From a virus (Duplodnaviria > Caudoviricetes), in the IMG/VR virus record IMGVR_UViG_3300012940_001457, positions 1-39,860 of that record: 39,860 nt of DNA, one strand, 5' to 3'. This document shows positions 17,184 to 26,173 of this stretch, one piece after another; the stretch's first letter is position 1, and every line of letters starts with the position of its first letter. A program made the translations under genes and the position numbers. The notes under the pieces are model-generated. The model was not told the origin of the DNA. It saw only the letters and a program-made list of their open reading frames with translations, and made no database searches.

Positions 17184-18772
17184 GACTGCGGGACCTCGCT
17201 GCCGGTATTACCATTGCCCCCGCTGGCCGCCATGATGGCGTCCATGTTCGGGTCGGTGAGGCCCGCCGCCTCCCATTCGCGCTTCTCGCGGGCGCGCTGG
17301 GCGATGACCTCCTGATAATCCTTGCCCTGCTCGGCACATTCGTCCTCGAGCGTGGACAGTCCGCTTTCCATGCGGATCACGGACGCTTGGGCTTCCTTCA
17401 CCGGGTCCACCCAGCCCCGGCCGGGCCCGATCCATTTGCACCGGCAGTAGGCCGCCCGGGCCTGTTGGAACGTCGGTGCCCCGGTGGGCAGGGCCACATA
17501 GTCCCTGGCAATCGCCTCCTCCAGCCAGGCGCCGAAGATCGGTGTGGCGACGCCTTGTGTAAAGGCGTGGCGGTCGGCGCCCATGGTCCGCCAGACTTCC
17601 AGAAGCGCTGCCCGGGCCGATGAATAGTTCGTCCGCGACCAGTCCATGGACAGTTGCTCATAAGAGAGCCCGGTCGCCGATGCGATGTTGCGCAGGCAGG
17701 CCGCCTCGAAATCCGCGAAGGCCGTGGAGGGCCGCTCTGCCCGCTGGAACGCGAGTTTTTCGCCGGGAAACAGTTGCGGGATACGGACGCCGCCCAGGGA
17801 TATCCGGGTATCCTTGTGAAAGGCGCTGCGCGCCTGCTGATAATCGAGTGAGCCGCCAAGCCCATCCGCCACCAGGTCCGGATCGAACGGGGATTCGATG
17901 AAGGCGGCCAGCACCGCATTCAGCACCGCCGCCTGCAGTTCCACCTTGTCATATCGGTCCACCATCTTCAGGCGTTCCAGGACGGGTGTCAGGATGCCGG
18001 TTCCACGGGTCTGCCCGGCGCGGTGCTTGTCGAAGAAGTGCACCATCACCGGCCGTCCCCACGGATATTCCCTCGGCACATATTCCCAAACGAAATTGTC
18101 CGCAGCACCGAGATAGACATCATTGGGATGGCGCTTGCGCACATGATAACCGGTGGCCGCCATGGTCCTGGCGTCCACCTCCACGCCGCCGCGCAGGGTT
18201 TCGGTATCCGCCCAGCCGTTGGGGTTGGACACGCGATCGGCGTCGATGATCTGCACCGTCGTCGCGAAGCTGCCGGCAGTGGCGCGGTCATCCTCCCACA
18301 GCAGGGCGGCGAACACCTCACCGTCCGTCTTGTATTGTCGATACGCCAGGCGCATCAGGCCTGCAAAGCCGGTGACCCGGGAGGCATCGCAATAGCGGCC
18401 TGGATCCTCGGACCACAACCGGAACCTGGCCTCGACCTCGTTGGCCCAATCCGCCGCCCACTCCGGCGACAGGCCAAGCGCGCGCCAGTCCGGCCGGAGC
18501 GACAGACGGAGGTCCGCCCCCACCGCATTGTCCACCAGCCGCGTCAGCGCACCCGAAGCCCAGCCGGAGTTGCGCGCGATATCGCGGATGCGGGCCACCA
18601 CAGTATCGCGCGTCGGCAGGCGCTCGGCGTCCGGGGACGTCAAGCCGGGATACCAGCCTGCCAGCTCCTGACTGACAGGATCGCCCGCGCTATAGGCCGG
18701 CGGGGGCGGCGCTGCTCGTGGTGACGTCGCCGCGGCGATCCGGCTGCGCACCTTTTCAAGAACGGGCAGCAT
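17180..18772 (-). CDS. Portal protein, lambda gpB family
   Basis: 530 aa; RAGQTRG, DWSRTNYSSARAALLE, WVDPVKEAQA. Confidence 0.95.
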   Translation of the reverse strand: MLPVLEKVRSRIAAATSPRAAPPPPAYSAGDPVSQELAGWYPGLTSPDAERLPTRDTVVARIRDIARNSGWASGALTRLVDNAVGADLRLSLRPDWRALGLSPEWAADWANEVEARFRLWSEDPGRYCDASRVTGFAGLMRLAYRQYKTDGEVFAALLWEDDRATAGSFATTVQIIDADRVSNPNGWADTETLRGGVEVDARTMAATGYHVRKRHPNDVYLGAADNFVWEYVPREYPWGRPVMVHFFDKHRAGQTRGTGILTPVLERLKMVDRYDKVELQAAVLNAVLAAFIESPFDPDLVADGLGGSLDYQQARSAFHKDTRISLGGVRIPQLFPGEKLAFQRAERPSTAFADFEAACLRNIASATGLSYEQLSMDWSRTNYSSARAALLEVWRTMGADRHAFTQGVATPIFGAWLEEAIARDYVALPTGAPTFQQARAAYCRCKWIGPGRGWVDPVKEAQASVIRMESGLSTLEDECAEQGKDYQEVIAQRAREKREWEAAGLTDPNMDAIMAASGGNGNTGSEVPQS

Positions 18773-18999
18773 CAGCCGAACCTCACGCCATGCGCCGCCC
18801 GCCCACCTGTCTGCCCGAGGAGCGACTTGAGTTCGATGATATAGGCCCGCAATCTGGTGACCCCCTGGTCATAGACCGCGAAGTCAACGGCGCTGCCATC
18901 GGGCTTGGTCACGCGCACGACGGTTTCGCCCACCAGCATCTTATGCAGGGCGGCTTCCGCTTCGCTGAGACGGGTGGTCAGGGTTGCTGTGTCAGTCAC
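18772..18999 (-). CDS. Head-tail connector, gpW-like
   Basis: 75 aa; RLSEAEAALHKMLVG...LRAYI; between terminase and portal. Confidence 0.85.
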   Translation of the reverse strand: MTDTATLTTRLSEAEAALHKMLVGETVVRVTKPDGSAVDFAVYDQGVTRLRAYIIELKSLLGQTGGRAAHGVRFG

Positions 19000-20931
19000 T
19001 TAATCACCATTGAACAGGTTTGCGATGGTCGAGCCGATGGATTCCGGAGACCGGCCAGTCTCGGCCCTGTGTTGCGCCAGCGCCTCGTAAAGCCGGTCCC
19101 ATGCCGCGTCCGTCATCCGGCTGACGCCCATGAGTTCGGCGGCCGCTCGGGCATAGACGCGCATGTCCAGTTGTTCATTGCGATCCCTGGTCTTTTCCCA
19201 TTCTCGCCGCTGGAACCCATTCTTGGCCTTTACGACGACGATATGTTCGGACACCAGCTGCTTGCAGGTCTCCTCATCGACCTTGGGCAAGTGGATGTAT
19301 CCCTCCGCATATGGCTCGCCATCGAGCGGCACCGGCAGGCGGAAGAAGCCGTAGGTCTCCTGCTTGATGAAGGCCCCGCCGACTGGATAGAGGCGGATGC
19401 CGACTTTCTTACCTTTAGACGTCCGGCTGGAGCGGTCTGGTGCTCCAATTACGAACCCCCACTGCTTCCAGTGTTCGCCCTTGATCACCATGACCCGATT
19501 GTCCTGGCCCTTCGCCCAATCGTAGACGGAATCGGTCGCATAGCCGCTGTCCACCGCCATCCTGGCGATGGGAAGCGCCGCGCCGGACTCCGTCTCGAAC
19601 TGACGTTGCAGCAGCCTGGTCAGAGGCTCCCAGGTCGTCTTCTGATAAGGATCACCATTGAACACAAACGTCTCGATAAGCCAGCTTTCTCGGCCACGCC
19701 CCCAGCCCCAGACCGCCGCCTCGATGCGGTCCTTCTGGACATCCACGCCAGCGGTCAGGAGCGCAACTCCATCCGGGCAGCGGCCAATCGGCCAATCCTC
19801 GCGTCGCTCATAAAGCCGTTCCCACTCCGGCGCCTCGCCTTTCTCAGCCCAAGTTTCAGCCAGGATGGTATTGATGAACGTCTTCAGTTCCTCAGGCTTG
19901 CCCTGGGCCTTCTCCCAGGCCTGGACGATATCAACCCAGCTCAGCCATCCCACCGGGCTATAGAGCGAGTTCAGATGAAAGCCAGCGGCCTTGCCCGGAC
20001 CAGGATCCGTGGCCCGCCACTCACCGTTGGCCAGCATGAACGTCTTGTGTTCGTCACCCAGCAGACAGCCACAGTGCTCACACATGTAGCGCGCCTTCTG
20101 CGGGTCCCCCTTCGGCCATTTCAGGTTCTCGAACTTGAGGACCTGAAACTCTTCGCATTCCGGACATGGGACGTGGTACATGCGCTTGTCGCTCTGTTCC
20201 CATTCCTTCTCGATACGCGAGACGCCCTTGATCGTCGGGGTCGACGTCAGCAGGATTTTGCGCCGATGCCGAAACGTGTTGGTCCGGCGTTCCGCCAGGG
20301 CCACAGGGTCACCTTCGCCCCCAACGTCGGATGGATAGAGGTCCACCTCATCCATGAAGAGGTAGCGGATCGGCCGGCTTCTGAGGCCGGCCGCCGAGTT
20401 GGCACCGGTCATGACCAGTACGCCGCCCGGGAACTGCTTGGATTTGACCGTGTTGCCGCTGTCCCGCTCGCGCGCGGGCGGCACCTTCTTTCGCAGCCGC
20501 GGCGAGGCGTCGATCATCGGCTCGATGCGGTCCTTGCTGTACCCCTCCGCATCCTCCACACGGGGCTGCACCAACAGCATTGGCCCCGGCGAATTGTCGA
20601 TCACATACCCGACGAAGTTGTTTCCAGTCTCCGACTTGCCGACCTGCGCGCCCCACATCAGCACGACGCGCTGCACCGGCGAGGTGACCGACAGGCATTC
20701 CAACGGCTCTCGGACATAGGGGGTGCGGTCCACCCTGTACTTGCCGGGTTCGGCAGCAGCCTTGCCAGAAAGATACCGGTGCTTATCCGCCCATTCCGCG
20801 ACCGTGAGGGATTCCTCAGGCCGCAGGCCGTTCGCCCATGCCTGCCTGACCGCCCTCCTCGCCATCATCGCCGCTGCCGGGGTCGGCGGTGGCGAGTTGA
20901 TCGGCACGGTTGATGAGGAAATCTCTGACAT
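19000..20931 (-). CDS. Terminase large subunit, gpA family
   Basis: AQVGKSE (Walker A), FMDEVD, STPT, CPEC/CEHC, GVDVQ, RNEQLD. Exact start uncertain. Confidence 0.97.
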   Translation of the reverse strand: MSEISSSTVPINSPPPTPAAAMMARRAVRQAWANGLRPEESLTVAEWADKHRYLSGKAAAEPGKYRVDRTPYVREPLECLSVTSPVQRVVLMWGAQVGKSETGNNFVGYVIDNSPGPMLLVQPRVEDAEGYSKDRIEPMIDASPRLRKKVPPARERDSGNTVKSKQFPGGVLVMTGANSAAGLRSRPIRYLFMDEVDLYPSDVGGEGDPVALAERRTNTFRHRRKILLTSTPTIKGVSRIEKEWEQSDKRMYHVPCPECEEFQVLKFENLKWPKGDPQKARYMCEHCGCLLGDEHKTFMLANGEWRATDPGPGKAAGFHLNSLYSPVGWLSWVDIVQAWEKAQGKPEELKTFINTILAETWAEKGEAPEWERLYERREDWPIGRCPDGVALLTAGVDVQKDRIEAAVWGWGRGRESWLIETFVFNGDPYQKTTWEPLTRLLQRQFETESGAALPIARMAVDSGYATDSVYDWAKGQDNRVMVIKGEHWKQWGFVIGAPDRSSRTSKGKKVGIRLYPVGGAFIKQETYGFFRLPVPLDGEPYAEGYIHLPKVDEETCKQLVSEHIVVVKAKNGFQRREWEKTRDRNEQLDMRVYARAAAELMGVSRMTDAAWDRLYEALAQHRAETGRSPESIGSTIANLFNGD

Positions 20932-21469
20932 AGCGCTCCAGCACAGCAGACAGCAGCCCCGGGTCCACCCCCAGTTCCGCCGCCATCACGGCAGAAATCT
21001 GCGCGGGCCAACCCAGCAGGGCGTCCCTCTCCTGCCTGGCAATCGCGAAGTTCTCTTTCTCGACTTCGGCACGGGGCACCAACTCGCCCTCGGTAACGCG
21101 GCGCTGCAGTTCGTGCTTGCGGACAAGCTCGATCTCCTTTCGGCGCAGGGCCTCCGCATAGCTCCAATCTTCTGGTGGCTTCGAAAGGTCCAAAGGGGCG
21201 CCGTCATCGCCCTTCTTCGGGCGCGAGGCAGCATCCTGTTTCTGCGCTCCAGCGTTACCACCAGGCGTTACCTCTGAACCACCGCTGGGTTGGGTATCAC
21301 CCCGATAGCGACCAAGCCCGTGACCTTCGAGCCGCTGGTCAGACTTGCGGACGTCGACCTTCCCTTTCGAAAAAACCAGAAGACCCTTGGCTTTCCACTG
21401 TGTTACAGTCTTCCGCGATACGCCGTGGAGGCGGGCATATTCAGCCTGGTTGACCAGCCGATTTTTCAT
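20816..21469 (-). CDS. Terminase small subunit (Nu1-like)
   Basis: N-terminal wHTH QAEYARLHGVSRKTVTQWK; coiled coil followed by GELVPRAEV; upstream of terL. Confidence 0.85.
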   Translation of the reverse strand: MKNRLVNQAEYARLHGVSRKTVTQWKAKGLLVFSKGKVDVRKSDQRLEGHGLGRYRGDTQPSGGSEVTPGGNAGAQKQDAASRPKKGDDGAPLDLSKPPEDWSYAEALRRKEIELVRKHELQRRVTEGELVPRAEVEKENFAIARQERDALLGWPAQISAVMAAELGVDPGLLSAVLERYVRDFLINRADQLATADPGSGDDGEEGGQAGMGERPAA

Positions 21470-21585
21470 GAAAATTTCGTGCGTAGATCGCCAAACCGGC
21501 TGCCGTTGCAAATAAGGGATGGCTGAAACCCGCAGAAAACAGCCATTGTTACCCCACTTTCAATCCCCAAACCCTGGCCAAAAAT

Positions 21586-21628
21586 CGGGTGCGGCGTACC
21601 CGCAAGGCTCGAGGATTGGGAAGGACCC
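21586..21628 (-). promoter_or_regulatory. Putative cos site (cosQ + cosN)
   Basis: Minus strand GGGTCCT (matches lambda cosQ) at 21622-21628, followed about 20 nt later by the dyad CGGGTACG-C-CGCACCCG (21586-21602), upstream of terS. Confidence 0.65.
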
Positions 21629-21697
21629 GCCGGCGCCCCCTCCCGGCCGGCTGGCGTTAACCATTTCCGGGAGGGCCGCTGCCCGCGATCTGCACGG

Positions 21698-22282
21698 TCA
21701 CCCTTTGGCCCTGAGCCGCTGGACATAGGCACGCAGTTCATGCTCGAGCCGCTTGGGCAGCGTGGTGTCGATGGTGCGGGCGATCTCCTTGAGGATCGTC
21801 TCGTCCGCCATGGTTCGGGGGATGCTCGGCCCCCAGAGCTTCTTGATCGGCAGGCGGGCACTCCTCTTGCGGACAAACACCTGCTCGCTCGTCCCCCGCA
21901 ACTCGATCTCGTCCGCCTTATGGGTTTTGGCTCGGGCAATGAACGCTCCCTTATAGAGCTTGCGCTTACCCCAAGCCTTGGCGCTGACGCCCTTCCTGAC
22001 CTGCCGGGCGGCGAACTGGATCAGACTTATTGGCCTGCCGGAAGCGCGCACCACAGCATACAGTCGGTTCTTGCGTGCCCTTCTGATGACGATTTTCTTC
22101 TTCACCGGCGAGACGGGCAATCCCATCTCGCGGGCGATGTCCCGGCTGGCGCTGGCGCGCACCGTGGTCGCCGTCCGATTGAGAGCCCGCACCCCCGCAG
22201 TCGGCAGTCCCTGCCGCTCGATCGCCGTCAGTTTGCGCTGCAGGCTGTCAAGTCCTTTGATCTCAATGCGCGCCGCCGGCAT
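21698..22282 (-). CDS. Minor tail protein Z-like
   Basis: 194 aa, very basic; RALNRTA, YKGAFIA, VFVRK..RLPIKKLWGPSIP. Confidence 0.85.
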   Translation of the reverse strand: MPAARIEIKGLDSLQRKLTAIERQGLPTAGVRALNRTATTVRASASRDIAREMGLPVSPVKKKIVIRRARKNRLYAVVRASGRPISLIQFAARQVRKGVSAKAWGKRKLYKGAFIARAKTHKADEIELRGTSEQVFVRKRSARLPIKKLWGPSIPRTMADETILKEIARTIDTTLPKRLEHELRAYVQRLRAKG

Positions 22283-22286
22283 CCGC

Positions 22287-22763
22287 CTACGCCGCCCGGA
22301 AGAATCCCGCCGCGTTGACCTGCGCCGTCACGTCCGAGCCATCCGTCGTCACCAGGAAATCATAATAGCACAGCGGGATCAGATTGGCGTCGGTGCTGCT
22401 CGTGGTATCCGGGTCATAGCAGACCAGCAGCTTGGCCGTGGTATTGTTGGAGACGCCGCCGGCACCAACCCACGTCTGATCAGGCAGGTCCAGATCACGG
22501 CGGTTGTTGGCATCGTCCGGCGCGGGCAGCGCGTCCAAATCGGCATCGCTGAGCACCTTGCGGGCATAGTTGGTGAAGTCCGCCTCGGTATTGGCGCCGC
22601 CCAGGAGCGCCGCCAGCGTGTCATAATCCTCGAGCGTGCCGTCCGCCTCCGCCGTCTTCAAAAGCACGACGACCAGGGCGGCATTGGCCGGATCATTGCT
22701 CTTGACCCGGCTATAGAGTTCGACGATGCGCCCCTTGGCGATATTGAATACTCCGTCAGCCAT
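22287..22763 (-). CDS. Small virion fibre-associated structural protein
   Basis: 158 aa, beta-rich; TEADFTNYARK, LIPLCYYDF..TTDGSDVTAQVNAAGFF; directly downstream of the fibre gene. Confidence 0.6.
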   Translation of the reverse strand: MADGVFNIAKGRIVELYSRVKSNDPANAALVVVLLKTAEADGTLEDYDTLAALLGGANTEADFTNYARKVLSDADLDALPAPDDANNRRDLDLPDQTWVGAGGVSNNTTAKLLVCYDPDTTSSTDANLIPLCYYDFLVTTDGSDVTAQVNAAGFFRAA

Positions 22764-22773
22764 GATGAATCTC

Positions 22774-25700
22774 CTATTGATGAATGGTGATGGCCCTATG
22801 AGGCCTCGTGACCTTGATGATGCGCGACGGCGGGATCTGGATTTCGAAGTCCGACGCGCGGATGACGGTGATGGGAAGACCGCTGTCAGTCTCCACGACC
22901 GGCCCGATGCCCAGCGCTTTGGCCCGAGCCAGCGCCATCACCTCATCCGCCTCCGAGGCTTGGCCGATGGCGACCATCTTCTCGGCACCCATGGATAGAC
23001 CGATGTCCTGTTCACCTGCCAAGCCGAAGGCCTTCACCTTGGCGCGGGCGAACGAGAAGGTGGCGTCCGCCTCCGCCGCAACGCCCATGGCAACGATTTT
23101 GGTAAGGCCGAGCAGGAGTGCCGTGTCAATCTCGCTGGCGAGGCCAATGCTGTGTGCCTTCCTTGCGGTAAAAATCGCCGCCGTATCGACCTCCATGGCG
23201 ATACCAAAACTCCTGGCCTTCAGCCGCCCATACGGCCATGCCATGTTGGTCTCGCTCGCGATACCGACGCCCATTGCCTTGGCGCGGGCGAACGAGAAGG
23301 CGCCGTCCGCCTCCGAGACTTGACCCATGGCGATGATCTTGCCAAAACCAAGCGGGAGTGCCGTATCGCCCTCCGTGACCAGGTCGAAGGCCTTTATTTT
23401 AGCCTTACCCAGAGCGAAGGCGCCGTCCGCCTCCGCCGCAACGCCTATGGCGATGATCTTGCCAAAACCAAGCGGGAGTGCCGTCCCGGTCTCGCTCGCG
23501 AAACCGAGGCCCGTAGCCTTGGCGCGGTGGAATACAAAGGTGCCGTCCGCCTCCGTCGCCAGACCCAGCGCAATCACCTTGCCGAGTTGAAGAGCGAGTG
23601 CAGTATCCGTCTCCGTGACCAGACCAAGATTGACGATTGCGCCCCCGCCGCCCACATCCTCCGGCGTGCCGACCGAAATGAACCCTGCGGGATCGCTCTG
23701 GTTGGCATATTCGGTCGCCACCCAGTCAGCGCTCCAGGGCCGGGCTTCCAGATAGACCTCATCCTGCAGCCCTGCAAAGTCACGGTCGGTCGTATACGTC
23801 CGGCCAATCTTGAGGGATACATTACTGGTCCGGATATCCGTGGTCTTCAGCGGCTGCTGCGCATAGCTCACCTCGGCCCCGTCGGCGAAAATGCGCATGG
23901 CCCCGCCGTCAACGGCCTTGTCCCAGGTCACCACGACGCGCCGCCATGTGTCCTGACTGAGCACGCCGCCGGTCGATACGGTCACGTCAAAGTTGGAGGA
24001 TGGCAGGCGGGACAGAATGACGGTGACGTCGCCGGGTGAAGTCGTATTGATGTCCACGGCGTAACCGGCCGCACCGTTCGTCAGGTCGTATTTTGAAAAC
24101 AGGCTCTGGCGCGCGGCGGTCGTTGCCGGGTTGACCCAGGCCGCGTAGGTGAAGGCCGACAGCAGGTCAAGAGTGTCGTCAGCGGCGATTTCGACGTAAT
24201 CACCCGCGCCGCCAAATTCCACCGCCTCGCCAGACACACCCGCCGTCCTGGCGGCAGCACCCTGCAGCGTCCCGTCATTGCCGTTCCGGCTTGCATCCAG
24301 GGCGGGGCCTGCGGACTCGTCGAACCCCCAGCTACTCACGGTCCAGGCATAGACCGCATAGCGGCCGGCCGGGTCGTCAGGCGGCGGCTGGGTGTCGGAT
24401 GTCGGTGTATTCCACCGCACATATATGGTGTCCGCCTGCGTATCGCGGATTTCCGGCAAACGGACGCGGATCACGGCCTTGCCAAGCGCCGGATCGGCAT
24501 TTGTGGAAAACTGCTTGATGTGGCACGGCAGCGGGACCAGGCCGTCCGCATCCAGGAAAAAGCGGATATCCCCGCCATCTGCCTGGGCTGGCGACGGGCC
24601 ATCGGCGTCGAACATCTCCGACGGCAGGCACGCCTCCGTGAACTCGATAGCCCTCCCTTGGTGGCTGCCCGTGATTTGCGCGGGGACAGTGCTCAATGCA
24701 CACATCCGGGTGTGCGCCAGCGGGCCAACCCCGGTCACTGCATTGACCACCAGGTCTCCATTGTCGATGATCGTGCGCAGCGCCTGGGCGAAGGCAGCCC
24801 CCACGTCATCCGCCACCGCATGCTGGTCGGCTGAATTCATCCCGAATTCCAGCGTGAAACCGGGGCAGCCATTGTTCTCCAAATGGAGGGTCAGTGAATC
24901 GCTACCCAGATCGTCAAGGTTCTCGATATTGGTAGACGCCAGATTGTTGGCGGCGGTCAGCCACGCGGAATCCACTGCGCTGAACACGCTCCCCCGCCAG
25001 ACGAAGCTTTCCGGGTCCGGGCCAAACCCATCGGTATGGCAGTCCAGGCTGATATCGCCATAGCCATCCTCGATCAGCGCGGTGCGAAGAGCCACGACCT
25101 CGTAGATGTTGGCGGTCTTGTCCGGCATCTGCCGGTTGCAGTCCCAGCCGGCATGCGCGGTTTCGGCGGTGCCCCGGCTGTACCCGGCATAGCGGCCCGA
25201 GATATTGACAATCGGGTAATAGTGGATGTTGAACCGGCGGCGCAGCTCCACGTCCGACAGCCACTCTCGGACAAACGCCTCCGAGGCCCAGGTGCCCATG
25301 TCCTCACCGGCATGCACGCCCGAGAACAATTTGATCAGCGCCTTGCGCTTGCCGGAGGGCGGGTCCGCGCTGTCGTCCCGCAACCCGTAACAGACGAGAT
25401 CGAGGTCCGGCAGGGTGCTGCCGTCCAGGTCCGAATAGTTGGCCCCCGTGATCTGCCCGTAACTGTAGGCCGGAGTATCCGGGCTAAAGATGTCGGACGG
25501 CAGGCGGAACACATAGCCGGCGGCCACGCAGTCGGCAAAAAGAACGTCCCGTTCCTGCGGCCCGTACGGCAGGTTGAGGCCGATCTCGACCACATCCGCG
25601 CTGAACGGCGTGTCGTTCCAGCCCTGCTTCGCCTGGTCCGCCCCGCCCGACACATGGTCAAAGCGCGTCCAGCGGTGGTCTCCCTGGTAGCGCCACACCA

Positions 25701-25977
25701 GCTCATTGTTGGCAAACCGGGCGGCATTCAGGTCCGCCGCCGGATTCAACTCGCAGATAAAGGTCGGCGTTGCACCGTCAACCCCAGAGACCCGGGCATA
25801 CAGTACCTGAGTGCGGTTGTTGGAAAAGGTGGCGCCGCTGTTGTCGGAGTTCGGGGAGTACTCGGCACTGGGCCGAGGCATCAGGGATACCGTCGGGCTG
25901 GGCAGCGAGCCGGTCACGCTGGAACTGGCGACATCGACACAGCCGCGCGCGACCGGTTCCTCAATCACGACGGCCAT
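22774..25977 (-). CDS. 1067-aa fibre-like protein: M14 Zn-carboxypeptidase + DUF2341-like + LamG/ConA + 20-aa repeat shaft
   Basis: M14 motifs HAGE (25303-25314), PIVNISG, DCNR, LDCH, FTLEFG. DUF2341-like ADGGDIRF. LamG-like FTYAAWVNP, WRRVVVTWD, FAGLQDEV. 13 C-terminal repeats. RBS GAGGTGG. Confidence 0.8.
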   Translation of the reverse strand: MAVVIEEPVARGCVDVASSSVTGSLPSPTVSLMPRPSAEYSPNSDNSGATFSNNRTQVLYARVSGVDGATPTFICELNPAADLNAARFANNELVWRYQGDHRWTRFDHVSGGADQAKQGWNDTPFSADVVEIGLNLPYGPQERDVLFADCVAAGYVFRLPSDIFSPDTPAYSYGQITGANYSDLDGSTLPDLDLVCYGLRDDSADPPSGKRKALIKLFSGVHAGEDMGTWASEAFVREWLSDVELRRRFNIHYYPIVNISGRYAGYSRGTAETAHAGWDCNRQMPDKTANIYEVVALRTALIEDGYGDISLDCHTDGFGPDPESFVWRGSVFSAVDSAWLTAANNLASTNIENLDDLGSDSLTLHLENNGCPGFTLEFGMNSADQHAVADDVGAAFAQALRTIIDNGDLVVNAVTGVGPLAHTRMCALSTVPAQITGSHQGRAIEFTEACLPSEMFDADGPSPAQADGGDIRFFLDADGLVPLPCHIKQFSTNADPALGKAVIRVRLPEIRDTQADTIYVRWNTPTSDTQPPPDDPAGRYAVYAWTVSSWGFDESAGPALDASRNGNDGTLQGAAARTAGVSGEAVEFGGAGDYVEIAADDTLDLLSAFTYAAWVNPATTAARQSLFSKYDLTNGAAGYAVDINTTSPGDVTVILSRLPSSNFDVTVSTGGVLSQDTWRRVVVTWDKAVDGGAMRIFADGAEVSYAQQPLKTTDIRTSNVSLKIGRTYTTDRDFAGLQDEVYLEARPWSADWVATEYANQSDPAGFISVGTPEDVGGGGAIVNLGLVTETDTALALQLGKVIALGLATEADGTFVFHRAKATGLGFASETGTALPLGFGKIIAIGVAAEADGAFALGKAKIKAFDLVTEGDTALPLGFGKIIAMGQVSEADGAFSFARAKAMGVGIASETNMAWPYGRLKARSFGIAMEVDTAAIFTARKAHSIGLASEIDTALLLGLTKIVAMGVAAEADATFSFARAKVKAFGLAGEQDIGLSMGAEKMVAIGQASEADEVMALARAKALGIGPVVETDSGLPITVIRASDFEIQIPPSRIIKVTRPHRAITIHQ
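22849..23628 (-). repeat. 13 tandem 60-nt (20-aa) coding repeats with A/B alternation
   Basis: Consensus hGxhxExDxAhxhxxxKxxx; near-identical DNA blocks recur at 120-nt and 240-nt spacing (about 23330 vs 23450; 23041 vs 23281). Confidence 0.9.
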
Positions 25978-26010
25978 GCGCCCACCTCAATTATGATGCC
26001 AACGGCCAAC

Positions 26011-26034
26011 AAAAAACCCGCCGAATGGCGGGTT
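26011..26034 (-). terminator. Intrinsic terminator at the head of the late operon (tR'-like)
   Basis: Minus strand AACCCGCC-ATTC-GGCGGGTT-TTTT. Confidence 0.8.
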
Positions 26035-26173
26035 GGTGCAGATATCCTGAGCTTTGAAGACAATTCTTCATCTCACATTACGTGCATCTAATCACGTTTT
26101 TGTGAACAGGTCAATAATCGGTCTGACGCACCCTGAGGCGGCCCGGTGCTCAAGAGGAGCGGGGAAACCAAGC

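Noticed and set aside
21657-21664. TTAACCAT, a CtrA half-site-like motif near cos
   Set aside because: Single half-site; I saw no full TTAA-N7-TTAA box, and chance occurrence is plausible.
22849-23628. Possible CRISPR array or DGR template/variable repeat
   Set aside because: Repeats are in-frame coding units with no unique spacers and no adenine-specific mismatch pattern; no cas or reverse transcriptase gene in the window.
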